Source of the DNA: an uncultured Pelagibacteraceae bacterium
GTDB taxonomy: Bacteria; Pseudomonadota; Alphaproteobacteria; Pelagibacterales; Pelagibacteraceae
DNA length: 64,000 bases
Assembly (NCBI GenBank): GCA_902569615.1
Contig: CACFUX010000002.1
Span: 739-64,738 of the forward strand
Direction: 5' to 3'
Of the stretch, positions 30,435 to 40,516 are shown in pieces. The notes below the pieces were generated by a model, which ran no database searches, had not been told where the DNA came from, and worked only from the letters and a program-made list of their open reading frames with translations. The position numbers were made by a program, and so were the translations under genes. The first letter of the stretch is position 1. Every line of letters begins with the position of its first letter.

Positions 30435-30481
30435 CTAATTTATATAGTATATTACAGAGATCTGCATACAACATGTAGTTG
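30435..30481. promoter_or_regulatory. Tandem NrdR boxes upstream of nrdA
   Basis: atacaacatgtagttg (30466-30481) fits acaCwAtATaTwGtgt; a weaker copy ctaatttatatagtat lies 31 bp upstream. Confidence 0.6.
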
Positions 30482-30514
30482 TTTTACAAAAAACTGTTAA
30501 AATAAGGGAGTTAA

Positions 30515-32452
30515 ATGAATAAAGTTCTGTCTCAAGCAATTAAGAAAGCTGTCTCTGAATTTTCACCAATAACACAAGAAAACAACTTAGAAAAAAGGCC
30601 TGATTTATTCTCTCTAAATAATGAAACAGAGTTATTTCAAAATTCCAAAGGTATCACTATCAAAATTGATAGATCCAAAGATGAAAATCTTACATCATTT
30701 GGAAAAGCAACTTTAAGCGACAGGTATTTAGGTTTTAACGAATCTTTCCAAGACTTATTTGCAAGAGTGGCAAGTCATTATGCAGATGACAATTTACATG
30801 CTCAAAGATTATATAACTACATAAGCAATCTTTGGTTTATGCCAGCAACACCAGTACTATCAAATGGTGGAACTAAAAGAGGTTTGCCAATTTCATGTTT
30901 TTTAAATGAAGCTAATGATAGCTTACATGGAATTTTAGATCTATGGAGTGAAAATGTTTGGTTAGCTGCTAAAGGTGGTGGTATTGGAAGCTATTGGGGA
31001 AATTTAAGATCTATTGGAGAAAAAATTGGAAGAGTTGGTAAGACTTCAGGAATAATTCCTTTTATTAAAGTAATGGACTCGTTAACGATGGCAATTAGCC
31101 AAGGTTCACTTAGAAGAGGGTCTGCAGCATGTTATCTTCCAATTGATCATCCTGAGATAGAAGAGTTTATTGAGATGAGAAGACCAACTGGCGGCGATCC
31201 AAATAGAAAATCTTTAAATCTTCACCACGGTGTACTTGTAAGTGATGCATTTATGAGAGCAGTTGAACTTGATGAACAATGGGCATTAAAAAGTCCAAAA
31301 GATGGAGTGGTTCAATCAACTGTATCAGCTAGAAATTTATGGATAAGATTATTAACTGCTAGAATTGAAACGGGAGAACCTTATATAATTTATATTGATA
31401 CAGTTAACAGACTTATTCCACAACATCATAAATTAGCCGGACTAACAGTTAAAACATCTAACCTATGCAGTGAAATTACTTTACCAACAGGAGTTGATAA
31501 GGATGGTAGAGATAGAACAGCGGTTTGTTGTTTGTCGTCTTTAAATATAGAAAAATATGACGAGTGGAAAGAAGAGAAGAATTTTATTCCAGATGTAATG
31601 AGATTTTTAGACAATGTTTTAACAGACTTTATTGAAAAAGCACCCGAAGAATTTAGCGATGCAACATATTCAGCTATGAAAGAAAGAAGTGTGGGCTTAG
31701 GAGTTATGGGTCTTCATTCGTTCTTTCAACAAAAAATGATTCCTTTAGAATCTGTTATGAGTAAAGTTTGGAATAAAAAAATATTTGAACATATTCAAAA
31801 AGATGTGGATAGAGCTTCTAAAGATTTGGCAGAAGAAAGAGGTGCTTGCCCTGATGCTGAGGATTACGGAATAAAAGAAAGATTTTCAAATAAGACAGCA
31901 ATAGCTCCAACAGCTTCAATATCAATTATATGCGGAGGAACTTCACCAGGTGTCGAGCCAATCGCAGCTAACAGTTATACTCACAAAACACTTTCAGGAT
32001 CATTTAATGTTAGAAATAGATATCTTGAAAAATTATTAGAAAAACACAATAAAAACGATGATGAGACATGGTCAGGCATTACTACTAACCAAGGCTCTGT
32101 ATCTCATTTAGATTTTTTAACTCAACAAGAAAAAGACGTGTTTAAAACTGCTTTTGAATTAGATCAAAAATGGATAGTGGAATTAGGCGCTGATAGAACA
32201 CCTCACATATCACAAGCACAATCGATTAATATTTTTGTGCCTGCAGATATTCATAAAAAAGAATTGCACCAAATTCATTTTCAAGCATGGAAAAAAGGCC
32301 TTAAAAGCCTTTATTACTGCAGATCAAAATCAATTCAAAGAGCTGAGAATGTTAATGATGCAAAATTAACCGATGTTACAGCTAATGTTTATAAATCTAA
32401 AAACAAACAAAACGAAGAACAAGAATATGAGGAATGTTTATCATGTCAGTAA
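30515..32452 (+). CDS. nrdA: Ribonucleoside-diphosphate reductase class Ia alpha subunit
   Basis: PATPVLSN, ISCF, SNLCSEI, APTASIS, SLYY and C-terminal CLSCQ. Confidence 0.96.
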   Translation: MNKVLSQAIKKAVSEFSPITQENNLEKRPDLFSLNNETELFQNSKGITIKIDRSKDENLTSFGKATLSDRYLGFNESFQDLFARVASHYADDNLHAQRLYNYISNLWFMPATPVLSNGGTKRGLPISCFLNEANDSLHGILDLWSENVWLAAKGGGIGSYWGNLRSIGEKIGRVGKTSGIIPFIKVMDSLTMAISQGSLRRGSAACYLPIDHPEIEEFIEMRRPTGGDPNRKSLNLHHGVLVSDAFMRAVELDEQWALKSPKDGVVQSTVSARNLWIRLLTARIETGEPYIIYIDTVNRLIPQHHKLAGLTVKTSNLCSEITLPTGVDKDGRDRTAVCCLSSLNIEKYDEWKEEKNFIPDVMRFLDNVLTDFIEKAPEEFSDATYSAMKERSVGLGVMGLHSFFQQKMIPLESVMSKVWNKKIFEHIQKDVDRASKDLAEERGACPDAEDYGIKERFSNKTAIAPTASISIICGGTSPGVEPIAANSYTHKTLSGSFNVRNRYLEKLLEKHNKNDDETWSGITTNQGSVSHLDFLTQQEKDVFKTAFELDQKWIVELGADRTPHISQAQSINIFVPADIHKKELHQIHFQAWKKGLKSLYYCRSKSIQRAENVNDAKLTDVTANVYKSKNKQNEEQEYEECLSCQ

Positions 32453-33450
32453 TAAAAAATGTTAAAAAAGAAATAATTACTCCAAAAAAAATGGGCCTAT
32501 TAGTAGAGAACCCAGTATACAAACCATTTAGATATCCGTGGTGCTATGATGCTTGGTTAACACAACAAAGAATTCATTGGCTACCTGAAGAAGTACCATT
32601 AGGTGACGATGTAAGAGATTGGCAAAAAAATTTATCACAATCTGAAAAAAATTTACTAACTCAGATCTTTAGATTTTTTACACAGGCAGATGTTGAGGTT
32701 AATAATTGTTATCTAAGACATTACACAACAGTTTTTAAACCAACAGAAGTTTTAATGATGATGACAGCATTTGCATCAATGGAGACAGTCCATATTGCAG
32801 CTTATTCTCATTTACTTGATACAATTGGAATGCCAGAGTCAGAATATTCAGCCTTTATGAAGTATAAAGAAATGAAAGACAAATACGATTACATGCAAGG
32901 CTTTAATGTAAATTCAAAAGAAGATATTGCCAAAACAATGGCAGTGTTTAGTGCTTTTACTGAAGGTCTACAATTATTTGCAAGTTTTGCAATCTTACTT
33001 AATTTTCCTAGGTTCAACAAAATGAAAGGAATGGGTCAGATAGTTACTTGGTCAGTAAGAGATGAAACGTTGCATTGTAATTCTATGATAAGATTGTTTA
33101 AAGAATTTATAAAAGAAAATCCAGAAATTTGGACACCTCAACTTAAAAAAGAACTTTATGAAGCTTGCAGAACTATAATTCACCATGAAGATGCTTTTAT
33201 TGATCTTGCTTTTGAAATGGGTCCAATGGAAGGTTTAACTGCAAAAGAAGTTAAAGATTATATTAGATTTATTGGAAATAGAAGACTTGCTCAATTAGGG
33301 TTGGAACCGATTTATAACGTAGATAAAAATCCATTAACTTGGCTTGATACTATGTTGAACGCAGTAGAGCATATGAATTTCTTTGAGGGAAGAGCGACAG
33401 AATACTCAAAAGCATCTACTCAAGGAAATTGGACTGAAGCATTTTCATAA
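32443..33450 (+). CDS. nrdB: Ribonucleoside-diphosphate reductase beta subunit
   Basis: FFTQAD, ETVHIAAYS, RDETLH and NFFEGRATEY motifs; start taken at ATG 32443. Confidence 0.95.
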   Translation: MSVIKNVKKEIITPKKMGLLVENPVYKPFRYPWCYDAWLTQQRIHWLPEEVPLGDDVRDWQKNLSQSEKNLLTQIFRFFTQADVEVNNCYLRHYTTVFKPTEVLMMMTAFASMETVHIAAYSHLLDTIGMPESEYSAFMKYKEMKDKYDYMQGFNVNSKEDIAKTMAVFSAFTEGLQLFASFAILLNFPRFNKMKGMGQIVTWSVRDETLHCNSMIRLFKEFIKENPEIWTPQLKKELYEACRTIIHHEDAFIDLAFEMGPMEGLTAKEVKDYIRFIGNRRLAQLGLEPIYNVDKNPLTWLDTMLNAVEHMNFFEGRATEYSKASTQGNWTEAFS

Positions 33451-33453
33451 AAA

Positions 33454-33702
33454 GTGATAATTAATCCCTGTATAAGTATATGCAAAACTGATCCTGTTAC
33501 AGGTTTTTGCTATGGCTGTGGAAGAACCAATGAAGATAAAAAAAATTGGAAATCCCAAGATTGCACTGATGAGTGGAAAGAAAAAAATTTAATGGAAATT
33601 CAAAAAAGATTAAATGGCTGGCAACTTGAAAGCTTTAAAGAATCTTATAAAAATAAAGTTGAAAAGGGAATATCCCTTTTTAAAAAGGAATTAATCAAAT
33701 AA
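33454..33702 (+). CDS. DUF1289 family small Cys-rich protein
   Basis: NPCISIC...FCYGCGRT..W pattern. Confidence 0.8.
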   Translation: MIINPCISICKTDPVTGFCYGCGRTNEDKKNWKSQDCTDEWKEKNLMEIQKRLNGWQLESFKESYKNKVEKGISLFKKELIK

Positions 33703-33705
33703 TTA

Positions 33706-34830
33706 TTATCTTTGGTTTAAAAGCATAACTTTTCTATGCTTTGGTCCGCTATACTTAGAAAGTGGTCTAATTAGCTTGTTTGCAGCATGTTGTTCCATAA
33801 TGTGCGCTGACCAACCAGTAATTCTTGATGTAACAAAGATAGGAGTAAAAAAATCAGTATCAAATCCCATTAAATGATAAGTTGGTCCAGTAGGGTAATC
33901 AACATTTGGGTGAATATTTTTTCTTTCAATCATTACTTTCTCAACAATATCGTAAATTTTATTAAACTTTTTATCCTTTTTAATTTTTGCAACTTTTTTG
34001 AAATATTCCCTCATTGTAGGGACTCTTGAGTCTCCAGACTTATAAACTCTGTGACCAAAACCCATTACAACTTCTTTTTTATCCAATGCGTTATTAATCC
34101 ACTTTAGAGCATTTTCTGGTTTTTTAATCTTATTCATCATATGCATAACTTCTTCATTTGCACCACCATGTAATGGACCTTTAAGGCTAGCTATTGCTCC
34201 AGTAATAGCCCCATGAATATCGGATAAACTACTTGTTATTGTTCTTGCAGTAAAAGTAGAGACATTAAAGCTATGTTCTGCATATAAAATTAAAGATACA
34301 TCAAAAGCCTTTACAATTTCTTTATTTGGAACTTTACCAAAGCACATATAAAAAAAGTTTTCCGCAAAAGTTAAGTTTTTTTTCGGCTTAATGATTTTTT
34401 TACCTTTTCTTATTCTATAAAAAGCTGCTAAAGCTGTTGGAGTTTTAGCAAAAATTCTCATTGCTTTTCTCATATTAGCTTCAGGTGAATTATTATTTGT
34501 TTCTTTATCTTCTAATCCCATTACACTTACTGCAGTTCTAGCCACATCCATTGGATGAGATTTTTTTGGCATGTGTTTGATTATATCGTTTAGATTTTTT
34601 GAAAGATCTCTATTAAATCTTTCTTCCTTCTCAAACTTTCTTAACTGAATAGTATTTGGAAGATCACCATTAAGGATTAAATATGCAGCTTCCTCAAATC
34701 TACACATTTCACATAAGTCTTGAACTGCGTAACCTCGGTAAGTTAACGAATTTATTTCGGGCATAACCTTAGAGACTTGAGTTTCATCAACTACAATACC
34801 CAACAAACCTTTTTTTACTTCATCACTCAT
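33706..34830 (-). CDS. prpC: 2-methylcitrate synthase
   Basis: LYAEHSFNVSTF, GPLHGGANE, MGFGHRVY and PNVD motifs; in operon with prpB and prpD. Confidence 0.9.
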   Translation of the reverse strand: MSDEVKKGLLGIVVDETQVSKVMPEINSLTYRGYAVQDLCEMCRFEEAAYLILNGDLPNTIQLRKFEKEERFNRDLSKNLNDIIKHMPKKSHPMDVARTAVSVMGLEDKETNNNSPEANMRKAMRIFAKTPTALAAFYRIRKGKKIIKPKKNLTFAENFFYMCFGKVPNKEIVKAFDVSLILYAEHSFNVSTFTARTITSSLSDIHGAITGAIASLKGPLHGGANEEVMHMMNKIKKPENALKWINNALDKKEVVMGFGHRVYKSGDSRVPTMREYFKKVAKIKKDKKFNKIYDIVEKVMIERKNIHPNVDYPTGPTYHLMGFDTDFFTPIFVTSRITGWSAHIMEQHAANKLIRPLSKYSGPKHRKVMLLNQR

Positions 34831-35726
34831 TATTCATGGCCTTCTGTACTAAAATTATAAATTTTTTCGTCTAGTGAGTTATATTTTTCATACTCAACCA
34901 AGTCGTACAATCTCTTCCTAGTTTGCATTTTATCAATAATATTATTTTGATGTCCATCGTCAAAAATGGCACGCAATCCATCTTCAACACTTTTCATAGC
35001 AAGTCTTTGTGTTGTTACAGGATAAATAACTATATTATATCCCATTTTTTCTAATTCTTTAAAATTTAATAATTTAGATTTACCAAATTCAGTCATATTA
35101 GCTAAAAGATAACAATTTAAAGAACTTCTAACTTTTTCAAATTCTTTTTCGTTTTGTAATGCTTCTGGAAATATAATTTCTGCACCTGCATCTACATACG
35201 CTTTACATCTGTCAATCATTTTATCTATACCTTCAACATTTTTTGCATCAGATCTTGCAATAATCTTGAAATTTTTATCTTTCTTTGAAGCTACACATTC
35301 TTTAATTTTTTTTACCATTTGATCTTTAGAAATGAGCTCTTTATTATCTAGATGACCACATCTTTTTTGCTCAATTTGATCTTCAATATGTACTGCTGTA
35401 ATTCCAAAATTTTCAAATGTTTCAATTGTTTCTTTACAAGATTTAAATCCAGTATCAATATCAACTATAGTTGGAAGATTTGTAACTCTTGCAATTTGGT
35501 TTGCTCTATTACTAACATCTTTTAAAGTAGTTAAGCCAATATCTGGATATCCCAGATCATTAGACATAACTCCTCCAGAAACATAGACACCATCATAGCC
35601 AATTTCCTCAATCACTTTTGCTGTTAAAGGGTTATATGCACCAGGAATTCTTAAAATTTTCTTTGATTTTAATTTTTTATCAAAGTCAACTCTCTTTTCT
35701 TCAATTTTTTTTTTTACAAAATGCAT
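34830..35726 (-). CDS. prpB: Methylisocitrate lyase
   Basis: VDIDTGF, HIEDQ..KRCGH and ANMTEFGKS motifs. Confidence 0.93.
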   Translation of the reverse strand: MHFVKKKIEEKRVDFDKKLKSKKILRIPGAYNPLTAKVIEEIGYDGVYVSGGVMSNDLGYPDIGLTTLKDVSNRANQIARVTNLPTIVDIDTGFKSCKETIETFENFGITAVHIEDQIEQKRCGHLDNKELISKDQMVKKIKECVASKKDKNFKIIARSDAKNVEGIDKMIDRCKAYVDAGAEIIFPEALQNEKEFEKVRSSLNCYLLANMTEFGKSKLLNFKELEKMGYNIVIYPVTTQRLAMKSVEDGLRAIFDDGHQNNIIDKMQTRKRLYDLVEYEKYNSLDEKIYNFSTEGHE

Positions 35727-37228
35727 TAAAAGATTCCTTTTTTATTATTTTTTTTCAATTGAGAACTTCTAACTTCAATATTTAATAAACTTAATTGACC
35801 AGGTTTTAACTTCTTTAATTTCTGAACAGCTTTTAAGAAACGATCACTTTCTTTTTTTGAAATAATACCTTTAGTTAATGTTAAAAACTTGTTTATATAA
35901 TTTTTTCTAACGAAAGGTCTTTGTCCATACGGATGAGCATCCGCCTTATCTAATTTTTCAATAATTTTTTTTCCATTATTTAATGTTACTACTACTTTTG
36001 CCCCAAATGATTTATTTTTTGGATTTGGATCATGGTATTTCTTTGTCCATTTTTTATCTTCATAAGTTTTAATCGATTTCCAGATTTTGATTGTACTCTT
36101 TCTATTTGCCCTTGATTTTGTATACGATTTAACATGATGCCAACTGGCATCCTCTAAAGCTACTGCAAATATATACATTATTGAATGGTCTAGAGTTTCT
36201 CTACTAGCCTTAGGATCCATCTTTTGTGGATCATTTGCCCCAGTTCCAATTACATAATGAGTATGATGACTTGTATAAATATCAATTTTTTTAATTTTAT
36301 TAAGACTTTCTATTTTTCTATTCAGTTTTTTTGCTATATCTATCAATGCTTGCGCTTGATATTCCGCAGAATATTCTTTTGTATAAGTTTCTAAGATTGC
36401 TTTTTTTTCTTCATTTTTTTTTGGAAGTGGAACTTTATAAAAAGCTTTTTTACCATCCAATATTTGAGCTACGACACTATCTTCACCTTCATAAATAGGA
36501 CTTGGAGCTCCTTCTCCTCGCATTGCTCTATCAACTGCTTCAATTGCAAGTTTTCCTGCATGAGCTGGTGCAAATGCTTTCCAGCTTGAAATTTCTCCTT
36601 TTCTAGACTGTCTTGTTGAAATAGTAGTATGAAGCGCTTGCTGTATTGCTTGATAAATTGTTTCTGTTTTTAATTTAAGCATTGTCCCAATCCCTGCAGC
36701 AACACTTGGTCCAAGGTGGGCAATATGATCAACTTTGTGTTTATGTAAACAAATTCCTTTAACAAGGTTAACCTGAACTTCATAAGCTGTAATTATTCCT
36801 CTTAAAAGATCCATGCCACTTTTTTTCTTCTGTTGAGCAACTGATAGAATTGGTGGGATATTGTCTCCAGGGTGACTATAGTCTGCTGCCAAAAAAGTGT
36901 CGTGAAAATCTAATTCTCTCACTGCTGTACCATTTGACCAAGCGGCCCACTCACAATCGAATTTTTTCTTTGAATTAATTCCAAATAAAGTTGCTCCATT
37001 TTTTTTTGGATGTTTTACAGCCATCTCCCTTGAGGAAATTACTGGTTTTCTGTTTAAAGAGGCAACTGCTACTGATGCATTATCAATTATTCTATTAATT
37101 ACCATCTCAATTGATTTTTTATTTAGTTTTGCATTGTCGCTAGATATTTCTGCTAATTTCCAAGCTAACTGTTTTTTTTTGTCGAGCTTAACTTTTGATG
37201 GATAAACTTTTACATTATGTATTATCAA
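35726..37228 (-). CDS. prpD: 2-methylcitrate dehydratase (MmgE/PrpD)
   Basis: [26 protein letters not shown] and ETLDHS motifs. Confidence 0.92.
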   Translation of the reverse strand: MIIHNVKVYPSKVKLDKKKQLAWKLAEISSDNAKLNKKSIEMVINRIIDNASVAVASLNRKPVISSREMAVKHPKKNGATLFGINSKKKFDCEWAAWSNGTAVRELDFHDTFLAADYSHPGDNIPPILSVAQQKKKSGMDLLRGIITAYEVQVNLVKGICLHKHKVDHIAHLGPSVAAGIGTMLKLKTETIYQAIQQALHTTISTRQSRKGEISSWKAFAPAHAGKLAIEAVDRAMRGEGAPSPIYEGEDSVVAQILDGKKAFYKVPLPKKNEEKKAILETYTKEYSAEYQAQALIDIAKKLNRKIESLNKIKKIDIYTSHHTHYVIGTGANDPQKMDPKASRETLDHSIMYIFAVALEDASWHHVKSYTKSRANRKSTIKIWKSIKTYEDKKWTKKYHDPNPKNKSFGAKVVVTLNNGKKIIEKLDKADAHPYGQRPFVRKNYINKFLTLTKGIISKKESDRFLKAVQKLKKLKPGQLSLLNIEVRSSQLKKNNKKGIF

Positions 37229-37283
37229 AATATCTCCAATTTTTAATGTTTTTTAATACAACCAGGAATGACAATAATCAATA

Positions 37284-37973
37284 TTAATGATCTAAATATT
37301 TTAAAATTATTTTTTCAATTCCAACAAAATCTCTAATTAAATGCTTATGAGGAATTTCATTAATATTTTTCTCAGTATATCCATCTTCTAAAAGAACAAA
37401 TGGTATATCAGCAGCTTTTGCAGCATTTCCATCAGTTTCACTATCGCCGATCATCAAACTTTTTTTTAGATCTCCTTGCATAATTTCAATCATATTTGTT
37501 AAATGCCTTGGATCCGGTTTACAAAAATCAAAAGTATTACTCCCTGCAACATACTCAAAAAAATCATAAATTTTAATTTTTTTTAACAAATCAACTGCAA
37601 GATGCTCTTGTTTATTTGTGCACACACCCATTGCAATATTGTTTTCTTTTGACCATTTTAAAAAATCATAAACACCATTAATAAGCTTACTTTCAATATT
37701 AATATTCTTTCCATAAAAATCTATAAATTCAGATACCATTTCTTTCTTAATTTTATCATCATTTATTTGACCAAATTCTTTTTTTGCTTGCCCCCATACA
37801 GATCTTCCTATTAATGACCCTGCACCTTGACCAACTAGTTTTCTTATGTCGTTAGTTGATTTGGTTTCATATCCAAATTTTCTCATAACATGATTGTGAG
37901 CATTCATTAAATCAGGTGCGGTATCAACCAATGTTCCATCTAAATCAAATAAAATGGTAAATTTTTGAGTCAT
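37284..37973 (-). CDS. gph: HAD hydrolase, phosphoglycolate phosphatase-like
   Basis: FDLDGTLVDT, CTNK, KPDP and MIGDS motifs. Confidence 0.8.
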   Translation of the reverse strand: MTQKFTILFDLDGTLVDTAPDLMNAHNHVMRKFGYETKSTNDIRKLVGQGAGSLIGRSVWGQAKKEFGQINDDKIKKEMVSEFIDFYGKNINIESKLINGVYDFLKWSKENNIAMGVCTNKQEHLAVDLLKKIKIYDFFEYVAGSNTFDFCKPDPRHLTNMIEIMQGDLKKSLMIGDSETDGNAAKAADIPFVLLEDGYTEKNINEIPHKHLIRDFVGIEKIILKYLDH

Positions 37974-38044
37974 TTAAAAAGTATTAATAAGAAATATTTT
38001 GTGAATTAAAGATAACATTTACTCAACTATAAATAAAATAGCAA

Positions 38045-38665
38045 ATGAAACAAACAAATTTACAAAAAATCCAAGAACGCTTACGCGATAAATTTATTAA
38101 AAGTGGTGTCAAGATGGTCGCGCCTGAAACAGTTTATTTTTCAAAAGATACTAAAATAGGAAAAAATGTAACAATAGAACCTTATGTAGTTTTTGGGGAA
38201 AAAGTAAAAATTCAAAATAATTCAAAAATAAAATCATTTTCTCATTTAGAAAATGTTAGAATTGAAAATAATGTTAGTGTTGGACCTTTTGCACGATTAA
38301 GACCTGGCACTATTCTAAAATCAGGATCAAGAGTTGGAAATTTTGTTGAAATAAAGAAAAGCAGCTTAGGTAAAAACTCTAAAGTAAATCATTTATCTTA
38401 TATAGGTGATACTAAAATTGGAGAGTTAGTAAATATAGGGGCTGGAACAATTACTTGTAATTATGACGGAAAAAACAAAAATAAAACACAGATTAAGAAT
38501 AAAGTTTTCGTAGGCTCAAATTCTTCTTTAGTTGCGCCAGTTACTTTAAATGAAAACAGTGTAATTGGAGCTGGATCAGTAATAACTAGAAATGTTAATA
38601 AAAAATCTTTGGCTCTTACAAGATCAAAACAAACAGAAGTGAAAAATTATAAAAGAAAGAAATAA
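38045..38665 (+). CDS. glmU: GlmU C-terminal acetyltransferase domain only
   Basis: [24 protein letters not shown] and [13 protein letters not shown]. Only 206 aa, no pyrophosphorylase domain. Directly precedes glmS. Confidence 0.85.
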   Translation: MKQTNLQKIQERLRDKFIKSGVKMVAPETVYFSKDTKIGKNVTIEPYVVFGEKVKIQNNSKIKSFSHLENVRIENNVSVGPFARLRPGTILKSGSRVGNFVEIKKSSLGKNSKVNHLSYIGDTKIGELVNIGAGTITCNYDGKNKNKTQIKNKVFVGSNSSLVAPVTLNENSVIGAGSVITRNVNKKSLALTRSKQTEVKNYKRKK

Positions 38666-38666
38666 A

Positions 38667-40487
38667 ATGTGTGGAATAGTTGGAATAACAAGCACTAAGC
38701 CAGTAACCTCAATGATTGTAAGTTCTTTAAGAAAACTTGAATATAGAGGTTATGACTCTTCTGGAATTGCAACTTTACATAATGGTAATATCAATGAGGT
38801 TAAATGCGAAGGTAGAGTTGATGCTCTAGAAAAGAATTTAAATAAATCAAATTTATTAGGCAATATTGGTATTGGTCATGTTAGGTGGGCAACTCACGGT
38901 ATACCCAGTACACTAAATGCACATCCTCATTCTTCAGAGAATGTTTCTGTAGTTCATAATGGAATTATTGAAAATTCAACTATATTAAAAAAATTTTTAG
39001 TTAAAAAAGGCCATGTTTTTAAATCGCAAACTGATACAGAAGTAATAACTCATTTAATTACAGAATACTTAAAAAAAAATGATCTCAAAAATTCGATAAT
39101 TAAAATGCTTAATAAGTTACACGGTAGTTTTGCTTTAGGAATTATTTTTAAAGATCAGCCTGATTTAATAGTTGGTGCAAGAAGAGGTTCTCCTTTAGCA
39201 GTTGGTTACGGACCAAACGAAAATTACTTAGGATCTGACTCGTATGCTCTAAAATCTATGACAAATAAAATTTCATATTTAAACGATGGTGAATTCTGCA
39301 TAGTTAAGAAAGATAATATTGAATTTTTTGATGAAAAAGGAAAAAAAGTTAATAAAAAAATATTAGAGCTTTCATCAAGTGAAAACAACTATGACAAAGG
39401 TGAATATAAACATTTCATGGCTAAAGAAATTGATGAACAACCTATTACAATTAAAAATTGCATTAATGAATATATTGATAAAAAAAATAATGATATAAAC
39501 ATTTTTAATTTCCCTTGGAAAGCAAAGGATATTTCATCAATATTGTTAATTGGATGTGGAACAGCTTATCACTCATGTTTAATGGCTAAATATTGGTTTG
39601 AGCAATTAACTAATTTTGATGTTTCAGTAGATATAGCTTCAGAGTTTAGATATCGAAAAAACAGATTTAAAGATGACATTTTATATGTATTTGTCTCACA
39701 GTCAGGCGAAACCGCTGATACCTATGCTGCTTTAGATTTATGTAATAAAAATAATATGAAGACTTGTTCAATAGTAAATGTTGTTGAAAGTTCTATAGCT
39801 AGAGAATCCAAATTTGTTTTACCAATTCATTGTGGCCCAGAAATTGGAGTTGCATCAACTAAAGCATTTATAGGACAAATGTTAGTACTTTATTTACTAT
39901 GTTTAAAATTGGCCAAAGATAAAAAAGATATTAAAAAAGATGATTTTCATAGAAAAATTAAATTATTAAATACACTTTCAGAATTAATTAAGAAAACTTT
40001 ATCAACTGAAAATGACATTCAATTAGTATGCAATTCTTTTGTTGAAGCAAAAGGATCAATGTTTTTAGGAAGGGGATATTCATTTCCTATTGCTTTAGAA
40101 GGGGCATTAAAATTAAAAGAACTAGCTTATGTTCATGCTGAAGGTTATCCTGCTGGAGAAATGAAACATGGACCCTTGGCACTAATAGAGGAGGGCATGC
40201 CAGTTGTTGTTTTAGCTCCAAGAGATAATTATTATAAAAAAACTATTTCAAATATGCAGGAAGTTATTGCAAGAGGTGCAAAAGTTCTTCTAATTACAAA
40301 TAAAAATAAAGATGAAGTTTATTCAGAAAATATCTGGCAAACAATTGAAGTTGAAAATACCTCAGATGATTTGTTGCCATTTTTGATTACAGTTCCATTG
40401 CAGAAACTTGCATATTATTCTGCACTTAAAAAAGGTTATGATATAGATAAACCGCGTAATCTTGCAAAATCTGTCACTGTTGAATAA
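38667..40487 (+). CDS. glmS: Glutamine-fructose-6-phosphate transaminase
   Basis: MCGIVG, LEYRGYDS, SQSGETADT and PRNLAKSVTVE motifs. Confidence 0.97.
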   Translation: MCGIVGITSTKPVTSMIVSSLRKLEYRGYDSSGIATLHNGNINEVKCEGRVDALEKNLNKSNLLGNIGIGHVRWATHGIPSTLNAHPHSSENVSVVHNGIIENSTILKKFLVKKGHVFKSQTDTEVITHLITEYLKKNDLKNSIIKMLNKLHGSFALGIIFKDQPDLIVGARRGSPLAVGYGPNENYLGSDSYALKSMTNKISYLNDGEFCIVKKDNIEFFDEKGKKVNKKILELSSSENNYDKGEYKHFMAKEIDEQPITIKNCINEYIDKKNNDINIFNFPWKAKDISSILLIGCGTAYHSCLMAKYWFEQLTNFDVSVDIASEFRYRKNRFKDDILYVFVSQSGETADTYAALDLCNKNNMKTCSIVNVVESSIARESKFVLPIHCGPEIGVASTKAFIGQMLVLYLLCLKLAKDKKDIKKDDFHRKIKLLNTLSELIKKTLSTENDIQLVCNSFVEAKGSMFLGRGYSFPIALEGALKLKELAYVHAEGYPAGEMKHGPLALIEEGMPVVVLAPRDNYYKKTISNMQEVIARGAKVLLITNKNKDEVYSENIWQTIEVENTSDDLLPFLITVPLQKLAYYSALKKGYDIDKPRNLAKSVTVE

Positions 40488-40516
40488 TAAAAAAACTCTG
40501 CTAGAACACTCTTAGG

